Part shown: positions 1-10,762 of the stretch, in pieces | How positions within the stretch are numbered: the stretch's first letter is position 1 | How the letters are laid out: every line of letters begins with the position of its first letter | Source of the DNA: Bilabrum cf. latius | Taxonomy: Eukaryota | DNA: 64,000 nucleotides | Direction of reading: 5' to 3' | Assembly: GCA_965178125.1 (NCBI GenBank) | Contig: OZ237746.1 | Location: 620,001 to 684,000, forward strand | Translations under genes and position numbers: made by a program | Notes under the pieces: model-generated | The model's database searches: none | Told to the model about the DNA's origin: nothing | What the model saw: only the letters and a program-made list of their open reading frames with translations

Positions 1-1742
1 TCCATCGCGTCCACGATGTAGGTGTAGTACCCCGAGTCGCCCTCTGGCCGCCCCATCACCTCTGCGCTGGCCAGGCTCAAGTCATGGGCATACCTCACCG
101 CCAGAAGGTCGGGGTTGAATCCGGTGGCTGCTGACACCGGGGCCGAGTTAGAGCCCAGCTGGCCTGCGGAACCCGTCTGAGTCAGTGACCGGGTCACGTT
201 GGTGATGCCGTTCACGGTCTGACCCAGCAGACGGACGACCGCGGTGAATCCACCGGTGGGCATCCACTGCAGTGCCATGCACCCTTCCTCCACCGCGCTC
301 CCTGCCACATCCTCCACCCCGTCCCACAGACCCGTCCCCTGCACCTCCATGCTCCCACGGGTCACCACCGACATGAAGCCGAACCCCTTGATGTCACCAG
401 AACCACTCTGTCTTGTTCTCTCGTACTAACCAGAGCCTGAGTCAAGCCCCGACCAGTCAAAGGAGGCTCCGATGGCAGCGCCGCACACCGCCACTCGCCC
501 ACCTTGCCCCATCGTCGACACGCCCACCGCAGCGTACGAGGGCATCATCGACGGAAGACCGGAACTCGGCGACAGGTGCAGCACTTGCTCGATGGTGGGT
601 GGGGACGAGGTCCCCCCAGGGACTCGGAATCGCAGGAGCGCCCCCTGCGCCGCGTCCGATGGCCTCCCGCTGGCGGCCTGCCCCAGGCTCCTCAGCAGCA
701 CGTCGTTCCCGTCGCTGTCCTGGCCCAGGGTCGCGTTGTGTTCCCCGTCCATCGAAGCTGAGTACCTGACCATCAGATACAGGTCGGTGCCGTCTTCCGC
801 CGCGGCCATGCTCATGTACTCGATGCTGAGATCTGCTGCAGTGCTGCCATAGGTGGCAGCGTCCGCTTCGTTGATGGTCACGAAGCCAAGGGGAAGCCCG
901 TTGCTCAGGTTGTATGCCACGATGGAAACGCTGGGCTGTTCTAGCTTAGGCACGGCCGCGCCCGTGACTTCCGTCGGGAGGTTGCTCCCATCTGCAGAGG
1001 TGAAATCAGAGTTGTAGATGTCTAGGGCCTCGTCAGGACCCCCGTGAGTTGTGCATGCCAGGGCCAGCACGCCTGCCCCGGGCATCGCGGCAGCACCCGG
1101 GCACCTGGCCTGTTCTACTGCGGTGTCTGTGGCGGGCCCGATGGTCGCATATGCCAAGGAGCCGTCCAGTGCGTTCACGCCAATTATCATGGTGGCGATT
1201 CCCTGCAGTGTGCTGGGGGTAAGGCTGATGGAGGACTGCCCGCCCGCCACGGTGGGAGGCGTCGTGCCGGCTTCCCAAGTGGTCGCGGTCAAATCGACGG
1301 ACGCCGCGCCGCCCACTTCCACCCTGAACTCGAGCGTCGCTACGACGAGGCCATGTGCTTTGTCTTGAACGAGCGACTTTGGGGCGATGCCGGAGATATC
1401 ACCGGAGGGCGACAGCAAGCCAGTCACACCTTTCAACGCACCAGTGTCGGGGTCCAGATACAGCAGCCGTGCAACAGTTTCGGTGTTTCCTGGCGCGATC
1501 TCTAGAAGTGTTCCATCTGAAGATTCAATTTCAATGGGTGTGGACGTGCCTTCGGTCGATGTTCCGACCAGCACAACCACATGGTCTTGCGCCCTTACGA
1601 TGCCGCCAACGCGGTCGCGCTCTGTGCCAGTACGATCGTTTGGGTACGCCACCGTCCGGTTCCAAGCAAATCCAGATGGGGACGTGCCTGTTGGCCCGGC
1701 CAATGCGCACCCTGCCAGGATTGCAGCCAGCAGGACAATCAT
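1..1742 (-). CDS. Secreted or surface protein of unknown function; 3' end runs off the window
   Basis: ATG at 1742 starts a signal-peptide-like MIVLLAAILAGCALA. The track ORF 426-1793 stops at TAG (426-428), but the frame continues without TAA/TGA to base 1 with protein-like sequence (YERTRQSGSGDIKGFGFMSVV...). Confidence 0.75.
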
Positions 1743-1999
1743 GGAAACAGCCGTTCTTGTCGAGGTAGATAGCTTCACAGGTCGCGGTATCACTCGCTCT
1801 AAATGTTGTGGCAGCGCGCCTCGAATAATACACCAAATATTATGGAGCTCTTCCTGCTATTTCTGGGGTACTGCACCTTCCGCCGTGGCACCTGCAAAGG
1901 GAAACGTCGCTGTGCGACCGCGGTGCAAGTGGTCGCAAGATACTCGGAATCCAGCCGTTCGGCTGCAGCCCGCAGCTACATAAATCGTGCTCCGTTCCC

Positions 2000-4900
2000 A
2001 TGCAATTTACAGGTCTTGACACGACGGTCTTAGATTTACTGCATGAGCCCACTCTGGCCAAGCCAGCGCTGCCTCCGTCGGACGTAGTGCGGTGCTCGAC
2101 GGTCGGAAGCCTCCGCCTACGACCCCGGCTACAAGCAAATCCCACAGGACATGAAAGCAAAATCGAGTTCTCAAAATCGTCTACAGTACACGTGGTATAG
2201 GGCTTTTTGGATTCATAGTGGGCTGATGCTCAGCGTAGCATCGCGCCGGGCGTATCCCGGGTTCTCGATGGGACGACTCGGTGGCTACCTTCCCCCGATT
2301 CGTGGCAGGCATGCGGCGGTGTCGTGCTCCGTCAAGCAATTGTGCTATCGGTGTGCCTAGATGAGCTCTCCCGCAGAGCCAGTGCGGGCCGCGCACAGGC
2401 CATGGAGGCACCTGCTCCGAAACCGCGCACGATCACGTCCACCCTGAAGCGAGCAAGCACTGGTGCTGGCAGCTCCAAACGATCGACGCACCCCGGGGAG
2501 ATTGTTGGACTGGACAGAACAGCGAGGCTGCTGGCGCGCACTGCCCGCAGCCTCTCTTCCCGCTGCAGGCTCCTGTTCTCGCAGATGAGCCTGTCTCTCG
2601 CGGCCGCCACCGTCGATCTCGCCTCGATTCGGGAATCCGCGGAGACGAGTGCGAGGCAGGCGGGAGGTCTGAAACGGCTGCTGCAGCAATCGGAGTATTC
2701 GCGGCACGCGGCCGAGCATCAGCTGTCCCAGGGAGCCAGGGACGTGGAGGAAGGCAAGGAGGACGCTGAGAAGTGGAGGCGGTTTCAGCATGTGACGAGT
2801 GCGTGGATGGAGAGGGTCCGACGGGGTGACGAGTGCCTGCAGCGGATCCAGCGGGCGTGGCGGGCGGCTGTGCTGCGGCGAAGGCTGGGCGCGCTGGCCG
2901 CGGCAGACGAGGTGATGGCCCTCCGTGTGGCGGTGGCGGCGAGGCGGGAGCGGGCTGCGTGCCGAGTCCAGCGGTTTCTCAGGCGCAGGGTCTCAGCCTG
3001 GTCTGACGCGGTACGGGGATTTCGGATCGCCGTGCGGGCACTGCAGAGGAAGAGCAGGCAGCTGGTGGCCGAGCGAGACGCGGCAGTGGCCCGGCAGCGG
3101 CTGTGGCAGGGGGCTCACCTGGAGACGCTTCGTCTGGCCAGGGCGGGGATCGACGCGTTGAGGTCACGGGCGGCGAGGCAGGACCTTGCGCTGCAGGGGG
3201 TGCAGCGGGCCATGAGGGGCGGGCTGGAGAGGCAGGCCGAGTGGGACCAGGGCTCGGTGGATGGGGAGGGGGGCGTGGACAGTCAGGGAACAAGCACGCC
3301 AAGGAGCAAGCAATCGTGGGGGACTGCCGCGTCACCGCGGTCTGGTAGCGCGGTGACACCGAGGGGAATTCCCCTGAGCCCCACAGCGGGGTCATACGCG
3401 GGGCCTGGGACACCTCGAGGCGCCAACAGCAGCCCGCGCGGTGACACAGAGGACACGGGTTCCAACTCGTTCGGTGATATTGCGGGGGATGATACATTTC
3501 CTAGCACTGGCACTGGCACTGGCACTGGCACTGGCACTGGCACTGGCACTGGCGCAGGTGAAACCAAGGGCGGCCCCAGGACTCCTTCCAGCCCCTCAAG
3601 TCAGGGAAGGAGCGCGCCGGGCAAGGGATCCAATGGACGAAGCAGGGCCAAGGGTGGCGCCAGGTCGAAGCGGAGGAGCGTGCGGGGCGGATCCACCGGC
3701 GGATTGGCGCAACAGGCCGCGGCAGTGCGTGAAGCGCAGGGCAGGGCCCAGCTGGCCGAGAAAGCCTCAGCCAGGATCCGAGCCATCAACGGGCGGCTGG
3801 CGGCCCAGGTCCGGGTGGTCAAACAGGAGCGCAGGCAGCTCTAGTCACAGGTGGATGCGGAGCTGAGAGTGTACTATGGGCGCGACGGGAGGCGCGATGG
3901 GCCCAGGGAGGCCCCTGCCCGAGCAGCGGAGGGGGGGGATCGTGGCGAGGGGGAGGGCAAGGCGGAAGGGGGCGGTGAAGCAGGAGGAGGAGGACGTGGG
4001 GCCTCGCTGGACCCCGCGGCGATCTCTGCCCGGCTGGCTGATGCGATCGCAGGGGAAGAGAAGGCGAGGCGGGCTGCATCTGCCCGCTTTGAGCAGGAGG
4101 TGCTGATGCACGATGAGGCACTCGGGGGGGCTGGGAAGGGGACCATGGGGTCGCAGAGCCTGCCGGATGGGGGTGATATGCGCGATGCCGAGCTGAAGCA
4201 GGAGCTGCATGCCGCCGTGGAGAGGGCGGCGAGGAGGGGAGACCCTCAGGATCCCACGCTGGTGCAGGCAGTGGCCCGATCGGTGGCCCGCAGAGAGGCG
4301 CTCGCTGATGACGCCCGGTCTCCTGCTGACCTGAGGACGGACGGAGGTAACAGAGGCAGGCTGATGCAGCTAAGGGCTGAGCGCAAGCTGAGAGACCTCC
4401 GGACGGGAGAGGCGGGCCAAGGCTCGGGGAGGGAACATGGACGCGGTGCCATGCCAGCGCCCCCCACGGCCGTGCCGGGGTCCGATTCATTCCTGGAAGG
4501 CGACAGCCAAAATCACCCCGAGGGGATTTCCCCTGGCTCACCCCTCGGCGGGGGCAAGCGGGGCAAGGCTAGGGCCAAGGGGGCGACCAAGTCCAAGTCA
4601 AAGACCCCACGCGGGGGATCCAAGACCCCCAGGGGCTCCAGATCACCGCGCGGCAACGCGTCGCCCAGAGGCAAGCAGCCCTTCCGGCCCAAGCCGCCCA
4701 CGAGGCCCACCGAGTTCCGGTTTAGCAGGAACAGCCCGCGGCAGCGGCGAGGCACCAAGCCAGCCGCAAGTGACAGCGAGGCTGCGGCAGCCACAAGCGG
4801 CATTTCAGAGGGTCACGGTGCAGTTCAACTAGGCGTATCAGACTCCGAGCAACTGGAGGGTTACGGTGATGACGCAGCCACTGGTGTCTCTGCGGAGGGC

Positions 4901-6451
4901 AAGGGGCGGCCCCACCGCGCAGACTCGTTCGCTGCAGCAGAGGCCCTGATGGGTCTGGACGGTGCCTCGATCGAGGGGACGGAGGCACTGGCGTTCTTGG
5001 GAGGAGTCAGGGGATCTCCCGCTCCAGGGGGACTGCCCAGGGAACAAGAAAATTCGATACCTAAGCCCAGCCTCCTGGTCAGGAAGCAGGAGACTGCCAG
5101 TAGCCCGGTCAGCGCTGATGGCGACAGGGGTGGCCCGCCTCCGCCCGTGCAAGTGCGCGGGCTCTCACCCTCCACCACACCAGCACCCACATCCACACTC
5201 ACGGCGTCACCCACGCAAGGGCGTGCAGGGCGCGGCACAGGCGCTGAGGCTGCTGGGTCCCGTCCTGGATCCAGCGCAGGGGTTGCGATTGCATCGCCGC
5301 TGGGGGGCGGTTCGGTGCGGAGACGGACGGCCAGGCTGACTCCTGGCAGTGGGGGAGGGCTGGGGGGCTGGTCGCCTGTCGCTGGCCCGCCCCGTACCCC
5401 TGTCCGGCCTGGCACCGATGGACCAGAGCAGCGCGCACTCCACGATCTTGCGGGCGTTGGTATGGGTGTGGGGGGCAGCAAGGAACACGCGAGCAGGACA
5501 CTTGGCCACAGCAATGCCGGGCTCACCAATGACGATGGCAATGCCGAGTCCCCGTCCGCTGCTCCGCCACTTGCTGCTGCACTTGGGCCTGTTGGTGCTG
5601 CGCTATAGAAACCAGCACCTGTCCGGGGCACAGACAAGGTGGCCCGAGAACAGGCCGGATCACGCGGCGGGCATGGGCCACTCGTCATGCGGCAGAGGAG
5701 CGCTTCGATGTCAGGCGCCATCAGCAGGGGCTCAGGCGGTGGGCAGATCGGAGGGATCGTGCCAGGCAAGGCCCGTGAATTCGAGTCTCTGGTGGGCCAG
5801 GGAAGGACGTACGGCCAATTAGGGGGCATGGACTAGAATCGGGGACTTGATTTGTTCCCTGGTGTGTCCTCCACCCCGTACACCGGTGGACCGCCGCTGC
5901 GAGTGACACCGCTAGGAAGCAGGACACTCCGGGGCCCATCTGAGGGACAGTCGCGTGATCAAGTACCAGTCGCCAGTCGGGATGAGGCTGCATGTGGCAG
6001 TGCTTCGTCGGCTGGGCTAGAGCCGGGCCCGGGGCCAGAGCCGACGGATGCGGATCGTGACCCGGGAGCCGCAGTCGACTCGGACAACCCGATGCTTCAG
6101 CTGGGCTACACGCATGGTCTGCACCCCGACACACTGAGGGCAAGCCAGCAGACCGGGATAGGGGAGCTGCGGCTGGGCCGGACCTCACGGGGAACCGAGC
6201 CAGTCAGGGGGCCGAACCCCGCGGTGGCGTGGGCGCATCAGCAACAGGACGGGGTTGGGAGAAGCAGCGGGCAAGGTGCGGGGCTGGGCGGGAGGCACCA
6301 CCGTGCAGTGCACCGGGTGAGGGCACGTCCAAGTTCGGCGGTCCCGCGGGGCCGAGTGGGGCTCTCCGGGGTTGTGGTGGGTGCCTCTGCCGGGCGCCAG
6401 AGGAACGCGAGGACGGGGCCGGTGGCTGATCCTGGGTTCCTCGAGGCGTGA
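2000..6451 (+). CDS. IQ-motif / coiled-coil, low-complexity protein (~1483 aa with TAG=Gln)
   Basis: Same-frame track ORFs 2000-2200, 2324-3844, 3851-5608, 5639-5836 and 5852-6451 are separated only by TAG (2198, 2216, 3842, 5606, 5834) and end at TGA. IQ-like segments: LQRIQRAWRAAVLRRRL, ACRVQRFLRRRV, VRALQRKSRQL. Confidence 0.7.
3504..3553 (+). repeat. (GGCACT)n hexamer microsatellite encoding a Thr-Gly run
   Basis: Directly visible tandem hexamer inside the CDS. Confidence 0.9.
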
Positions 6452-6526
6452 GTTGCCTACGTGTGGTGGCTCTGATCCGAATCTACCTGCGTCGTGTTGC
6501 CGGTGCACCGCCATGGGAGCACTCTA

Positions 6527-8230
6527 TTATCTCTGTTTACTCATGCCACCATGTGCCTAGCTGTAGCACGCCAAAGGGGGTGCTCCCTCCCTCACCGCCC
6601 GCTTGTATTTCTCATAGGCCTGCTTCGACAGCTCGATGATCTCCTCCCCTGACAGCTATTCAAGCCCATCCCCTATCCCATGAGGCCCCGCGACAGGCCC
6701 TTCGACCACCCCGGCCATGCGAGCTGCCTGCAGGTTCATCCTGGCCAGCAGCACCTGCCTGTCCATGGAGTTCTCCTTCTGCCAAGCACTCAGGCGGCCA
6801 GTGTTCAGCGGCTGATTCACCTGGGACAACCGCAGCGCATTAAAAGTATTGATGTTCGACGGTGTATCCAGCTGCATCCTCTCCATCTCCTCTTTCGAAA
6901 TGACCTGCTGCCGCTGTCCGAGGTTGTCGGCTTTCAGCGGCTTGGCGGTCATGTTGATCATGACGGGGTCGTACTCAAGAGGCAGCCCCCTGGCCTGCAG
7001 GGCATCCGTGAGCCCACGCATGATCTCCTCGGGTCTCGTGACCACATCCTCGTAGAATACCACATGTGCTGGCAGCAGCGAAGCAATGGACTCCTTGGTC
7101 TGCAAGAGCTGCACCCGATTGAGCAGCCGCCTGCCCTTCTCGCCCTTCCGCTTGAACTCGTTCCAGTACGACCGACCGGTCGCCGCACATTTCTCTGCTT
7201 CGGTCAGTGCGGCGGCAGGGCTCGGAAGAGGCAGCGCCTGCTGCGATCCCCCCTCTTCCTGGGCGTCCTTTCCCTTGTCCTCCTCTCCTCCTGCTTCCTT
7301 GTCATCGTCAATCACAGCGTCATCCTCATCCTCCTCGATACTCTCGTGGGGATTTTCTGCACCCTATCGAGCCATTGCCGCTGGGGAGGGTTTCGGCAGC
7401 TCCCGCATCCCATACGCCAGCAGCCTCGCCCGCAACCCCTCGTCCTTGACAGCCATGAGACCCTGCTCCCGCAGCATGTACCACGCCCAACGGTAGTGAT
7501 CGCGGAGGGCACATGGGCTGCACTTGAATGCAGCGTCCAGCTCGCTCACCTCGAACTCTCGCTTGATGACCGACCACACGGAATCGAGGGGGTCCCTCAC
7601 CTGATAGACCAGGGCGGCGACGTCCCAGCGCACCTGCGCTTCGACGTACGTCTCGTTGTCGAACGTCTTGATCGGGCTTTCGTTGGTACGCTCAAGGACA
7701 TTCAAGAAGCCCTAGAAGTCATTTCCCGTCTTCTTCGCGACAATCAGAGGGAGGGGCTTGGGCTTCTTGGGCTTCCGGCGCAGCACAATCTTCTTCAGGC
7801 TGTTGCCGACCTTCCAGGAGCATCCCTGGTCTCGGGAGGCCTTCGTCCCGGGACCTAGCCACTTACATGGAACTAGACCGTGCCTGAGAACGGGGCCGTC
7901 CAGCGTGTGCTCAACAGTCCCGGATCCGGCAGCGAGCATGTGTCGCATCAGCGTAGTGCCCGAATGGTGGAAGCCACAAACAAGTAGAATACTGCCATAC
8001 ATGTGCTTCTTGGGCGATTGTATATATGACACATCAACAGATGGACGCATTCCACCCCGAACCAGCCTGGGACCATTGTTAGTTTGCACCACAAAACCTG
8101 GCACGCGTGCTACCTTGTCCCCTTCGGCCTATGAGGGTGAAACAAATACCACTGAGTACAAAATGACCGCAAGCAGGCATACAGATACTACGACAATGAG
8201 TCTTTTAGTATCGAAACACGACCGATTCAT
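6527..8230 (-). CDS. Type II membrane (Golgi-type) sulfotransferase, ~567 aa
   Basis: N-terminal TM segment LIVVVSVCLLAVILYSVVFV, 5'-PSB-like LLVCGFHHSGTTLMRHML and 3'-PB-like YQVRDPLDSVWS. Four track ORFs plus a tail are joined by in-frame TAGs at 8129, 7712, 7364, 6656 and 6557; ends at TAA 6527-6529. Confidence 0.8.
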
Positions 8231-9013
8231 CGAAAAGTGGGAATACAGTAGTAAAAAGCGCTGCTGGTTCACCAGGGTGCAGCCCACTGTGAGTGCCCGA
8301 CACCCCGGGGCCCGGCGGGCCATGCTACTCTCCGAAGCTACCGCTGTGTTGTCGGACAGGCGGCCGACTGCTGTAGGCCTGCATGGGAGGCCACCTTCGT
8401 CAATGTCAGGAGTGCACCAAGCTCTGTCCCGGGAGGGTCAGTGAGCTCCTCACCTTTCATGCCAAACGGCTCACTGCCGCTGAGTAGACTTGTTCGTGAT
8501 GAACCGGTACGCCGCATGGTAGGCGCACCTCAGTGTGGGCTTGGCCCTGCCTTCGAAGCTGACAAACGCAATACACACAGTGCCTGTGGTCTCGGGCGAG
8601 GCACCGACCGTCGCCAAGACGAGAGTGCCTTCGCTCTTCGCATGCCACGAAAGTGACGTGGTCTGTCCCAGGGTAGGTGGGGCGCTGTGGCTCCACATGG
8701 CCGCCGGCATCGTCTGAATGACGAGCCCGTGCCAGTGCTGAAAACTTCGCTGTGTCTGCGGCTAGCACAGTCCCGGACTCCAGCAGGGTTGCTACGCCCA
8801 GTCACTGCGGTACGTTCCTTGGTACTACTGGTGTATTTCTTGTCGCAACCCTGGACGGTCCGTACGCTTGGTCGATTAGTAACGTGCACTTGCATGGGGT
8901 TTTCTAGTTCCGGATTTCTTTTTATGATTGACCGAAAGTAAGATTCGGGTGCTTCCACCCAAAAATTGCGACTGAAGCGTCGCATATTTGTTGAATTGCG
9001 GCAGACTGCTAGC

Positions 9014-10510
9014 ATGCTACTCGTGTCGCTGGCTCGATGTGCAGTTGTGTGTGTGGCATTCTAGGTTTCCTTTGCAACACCTCAATGGAGACAGGCACTT
9101 GAGTACCACCTGCCGTCCATTGGCGGAACACGCAACCATCCTAGCAACAATTTCGATTTACTCAGCAACTCAACATATCCGGTAGATACTAAGTGGGATC
9201 ATGTGGATGCTCCCCCATCCAGGTTTGGTTGCCTCGGTTTTGGTCCAAAGTCAGAGGTTCACACGGTCCGTGATGGGAAGAAAGACGATAACAGCTGGGC
9301 AGTGGCCAACGTTATATTTACCGGTGGGAAATTCTTTCTAGGAGGGGCAGACGTGACCCCGAGAGTCGCTAGGGTCTCGATTACGAACCAGCCAAGCCTG
9401 AATGTCTCCAAATGCAGCGATGATAATACGCTGCGCGAGACGTGGTACGTCACCGAGTTTTAGACCTCGCATAATATGTATCATGCTCATAACAACAACA
9501 TCTTGCCCCTCTATAGGGCCCTGGCCATGATGAACGATACGAACAACCTAGAGGCGGCTTGGATCGCAGACCTGCTGCAAGCGGCTCGTGAAGACGGGCA
9601 GCAGGGCGCGTCACCAGATGCAGGGAGCTAGTAGAGAGTAGCCCGGGAACTGCAGCCCTAGAAGAAGCCCCTCCCTGCTGGGGGGGCCTGTGGCAGGGAA
9701 CACAAGGAGGGGGACGGGGACCTGGTCACTCTCGTTGCGGGACCGTACACCTAGAAGGGCAAGGACCTCGTTGCGCCCATCGTGAAGAGCATTGTCCCAA
9801 GGATATTCACGACCTTGGCAGCGGCAAACGAGTTCGCCCATACGAAAGGCGGTGGCACGCTGTGCCTCGAGCGCGTGTTCTTCGGGCGCATGCCGCGAGT
9901 CTTCACCCCGTACTTCCCGCTCACCATGGGGTACGCCACGGAGCAGACTTTCCCTAGGTATCGGTTGAGCTAGCTGACCCGTTTGGGCATGCGAGACATC
10001 ATCCATCGCACCCCCAAGTGGCCCCCCAGGGCCGTGTTCATCCTGAGGCAGGGCACGAGGACCATGGCGAAGGAGTCCAAGGAGCTCCTGCAGCAGTACT
10101 TGGGGTACCATGGCGTGTCCCTTGAGCTCATCAACCCAGGGGCGCTGAGTCTTCCCGAGCAGATGAAAATGGCGGCCAACACTGATATTCTCATAGGCGT
10201 GCACGGGGCCGGTTTAGCGCTGGTCACCTACATGAAGCCGGGGAGCGTTGCGCTTCAAATTCGCCCCTGCAATCTCAACTACTGGGAAGACGCCCTGTTC
10301 ACCAAGTTCGCCATCCTGAACGACGTGGACATGCTGGGCTACCAGGAGCAGTGCAAGGGGAAGGAGGGCTGGAACAAGAGGGACGTGGACTTTAGGAACG
10401 CGAAGAAGCAGACAGACCATCATATCGCCACCCTCGTGTCTAAGCTGCTACTCACCTACGTCAAGAGGCACAAGGTGCGCGACGCGGCACAGTGGGAGGA
10501 ATCGCACTGA
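9014..10510 (+). CDS. Glycosyltransferase family 61 (EOGT/DUF563-like), ~498 aa
   Basis: Hydrophobic N-terminus MLLVSLARCAVVCVAF, then HNMYH...ILPLY and DILIGVHGAGL motifs typical of GT61. Seven in-frame TAGs (9062, 9461, 9629, 9632, 9659, 9752, 9971); ends at TGA. Confidence 0.8.
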
Positions 10511-10762
10511 TAAAGGGGGATTATACCATGCGACGCTCGTTCCAGCTGCCATGTTGTCGTTTTTAGGAGGCGACAGTGTTGCGAGACCCCCTCCTTGAGT
10601 GCATTGCATTGTACTGTATTGCTGGGTTCCGGGTGAAAACAAATAAGGATCCATGAATAAACTCGATTCGAACGAATTGGATGAGTCTACAATATCCAAA
10701 ACAACATTACCAGAGGTAACCACAAGGCAATTGCCGCGCGTACACCCATCACTCGCGCAAAC

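Noticed and set aside
8240-9010. Possible small gene between the sulfotransferase and GT61 (track ORFs 8530-9015, 8471-8710, 8687-8941)
   Set aside because: No motif and no consistent splice model; the candidate ATG at 8985 is under 30 bp from the GT61 start. Left unannotated.
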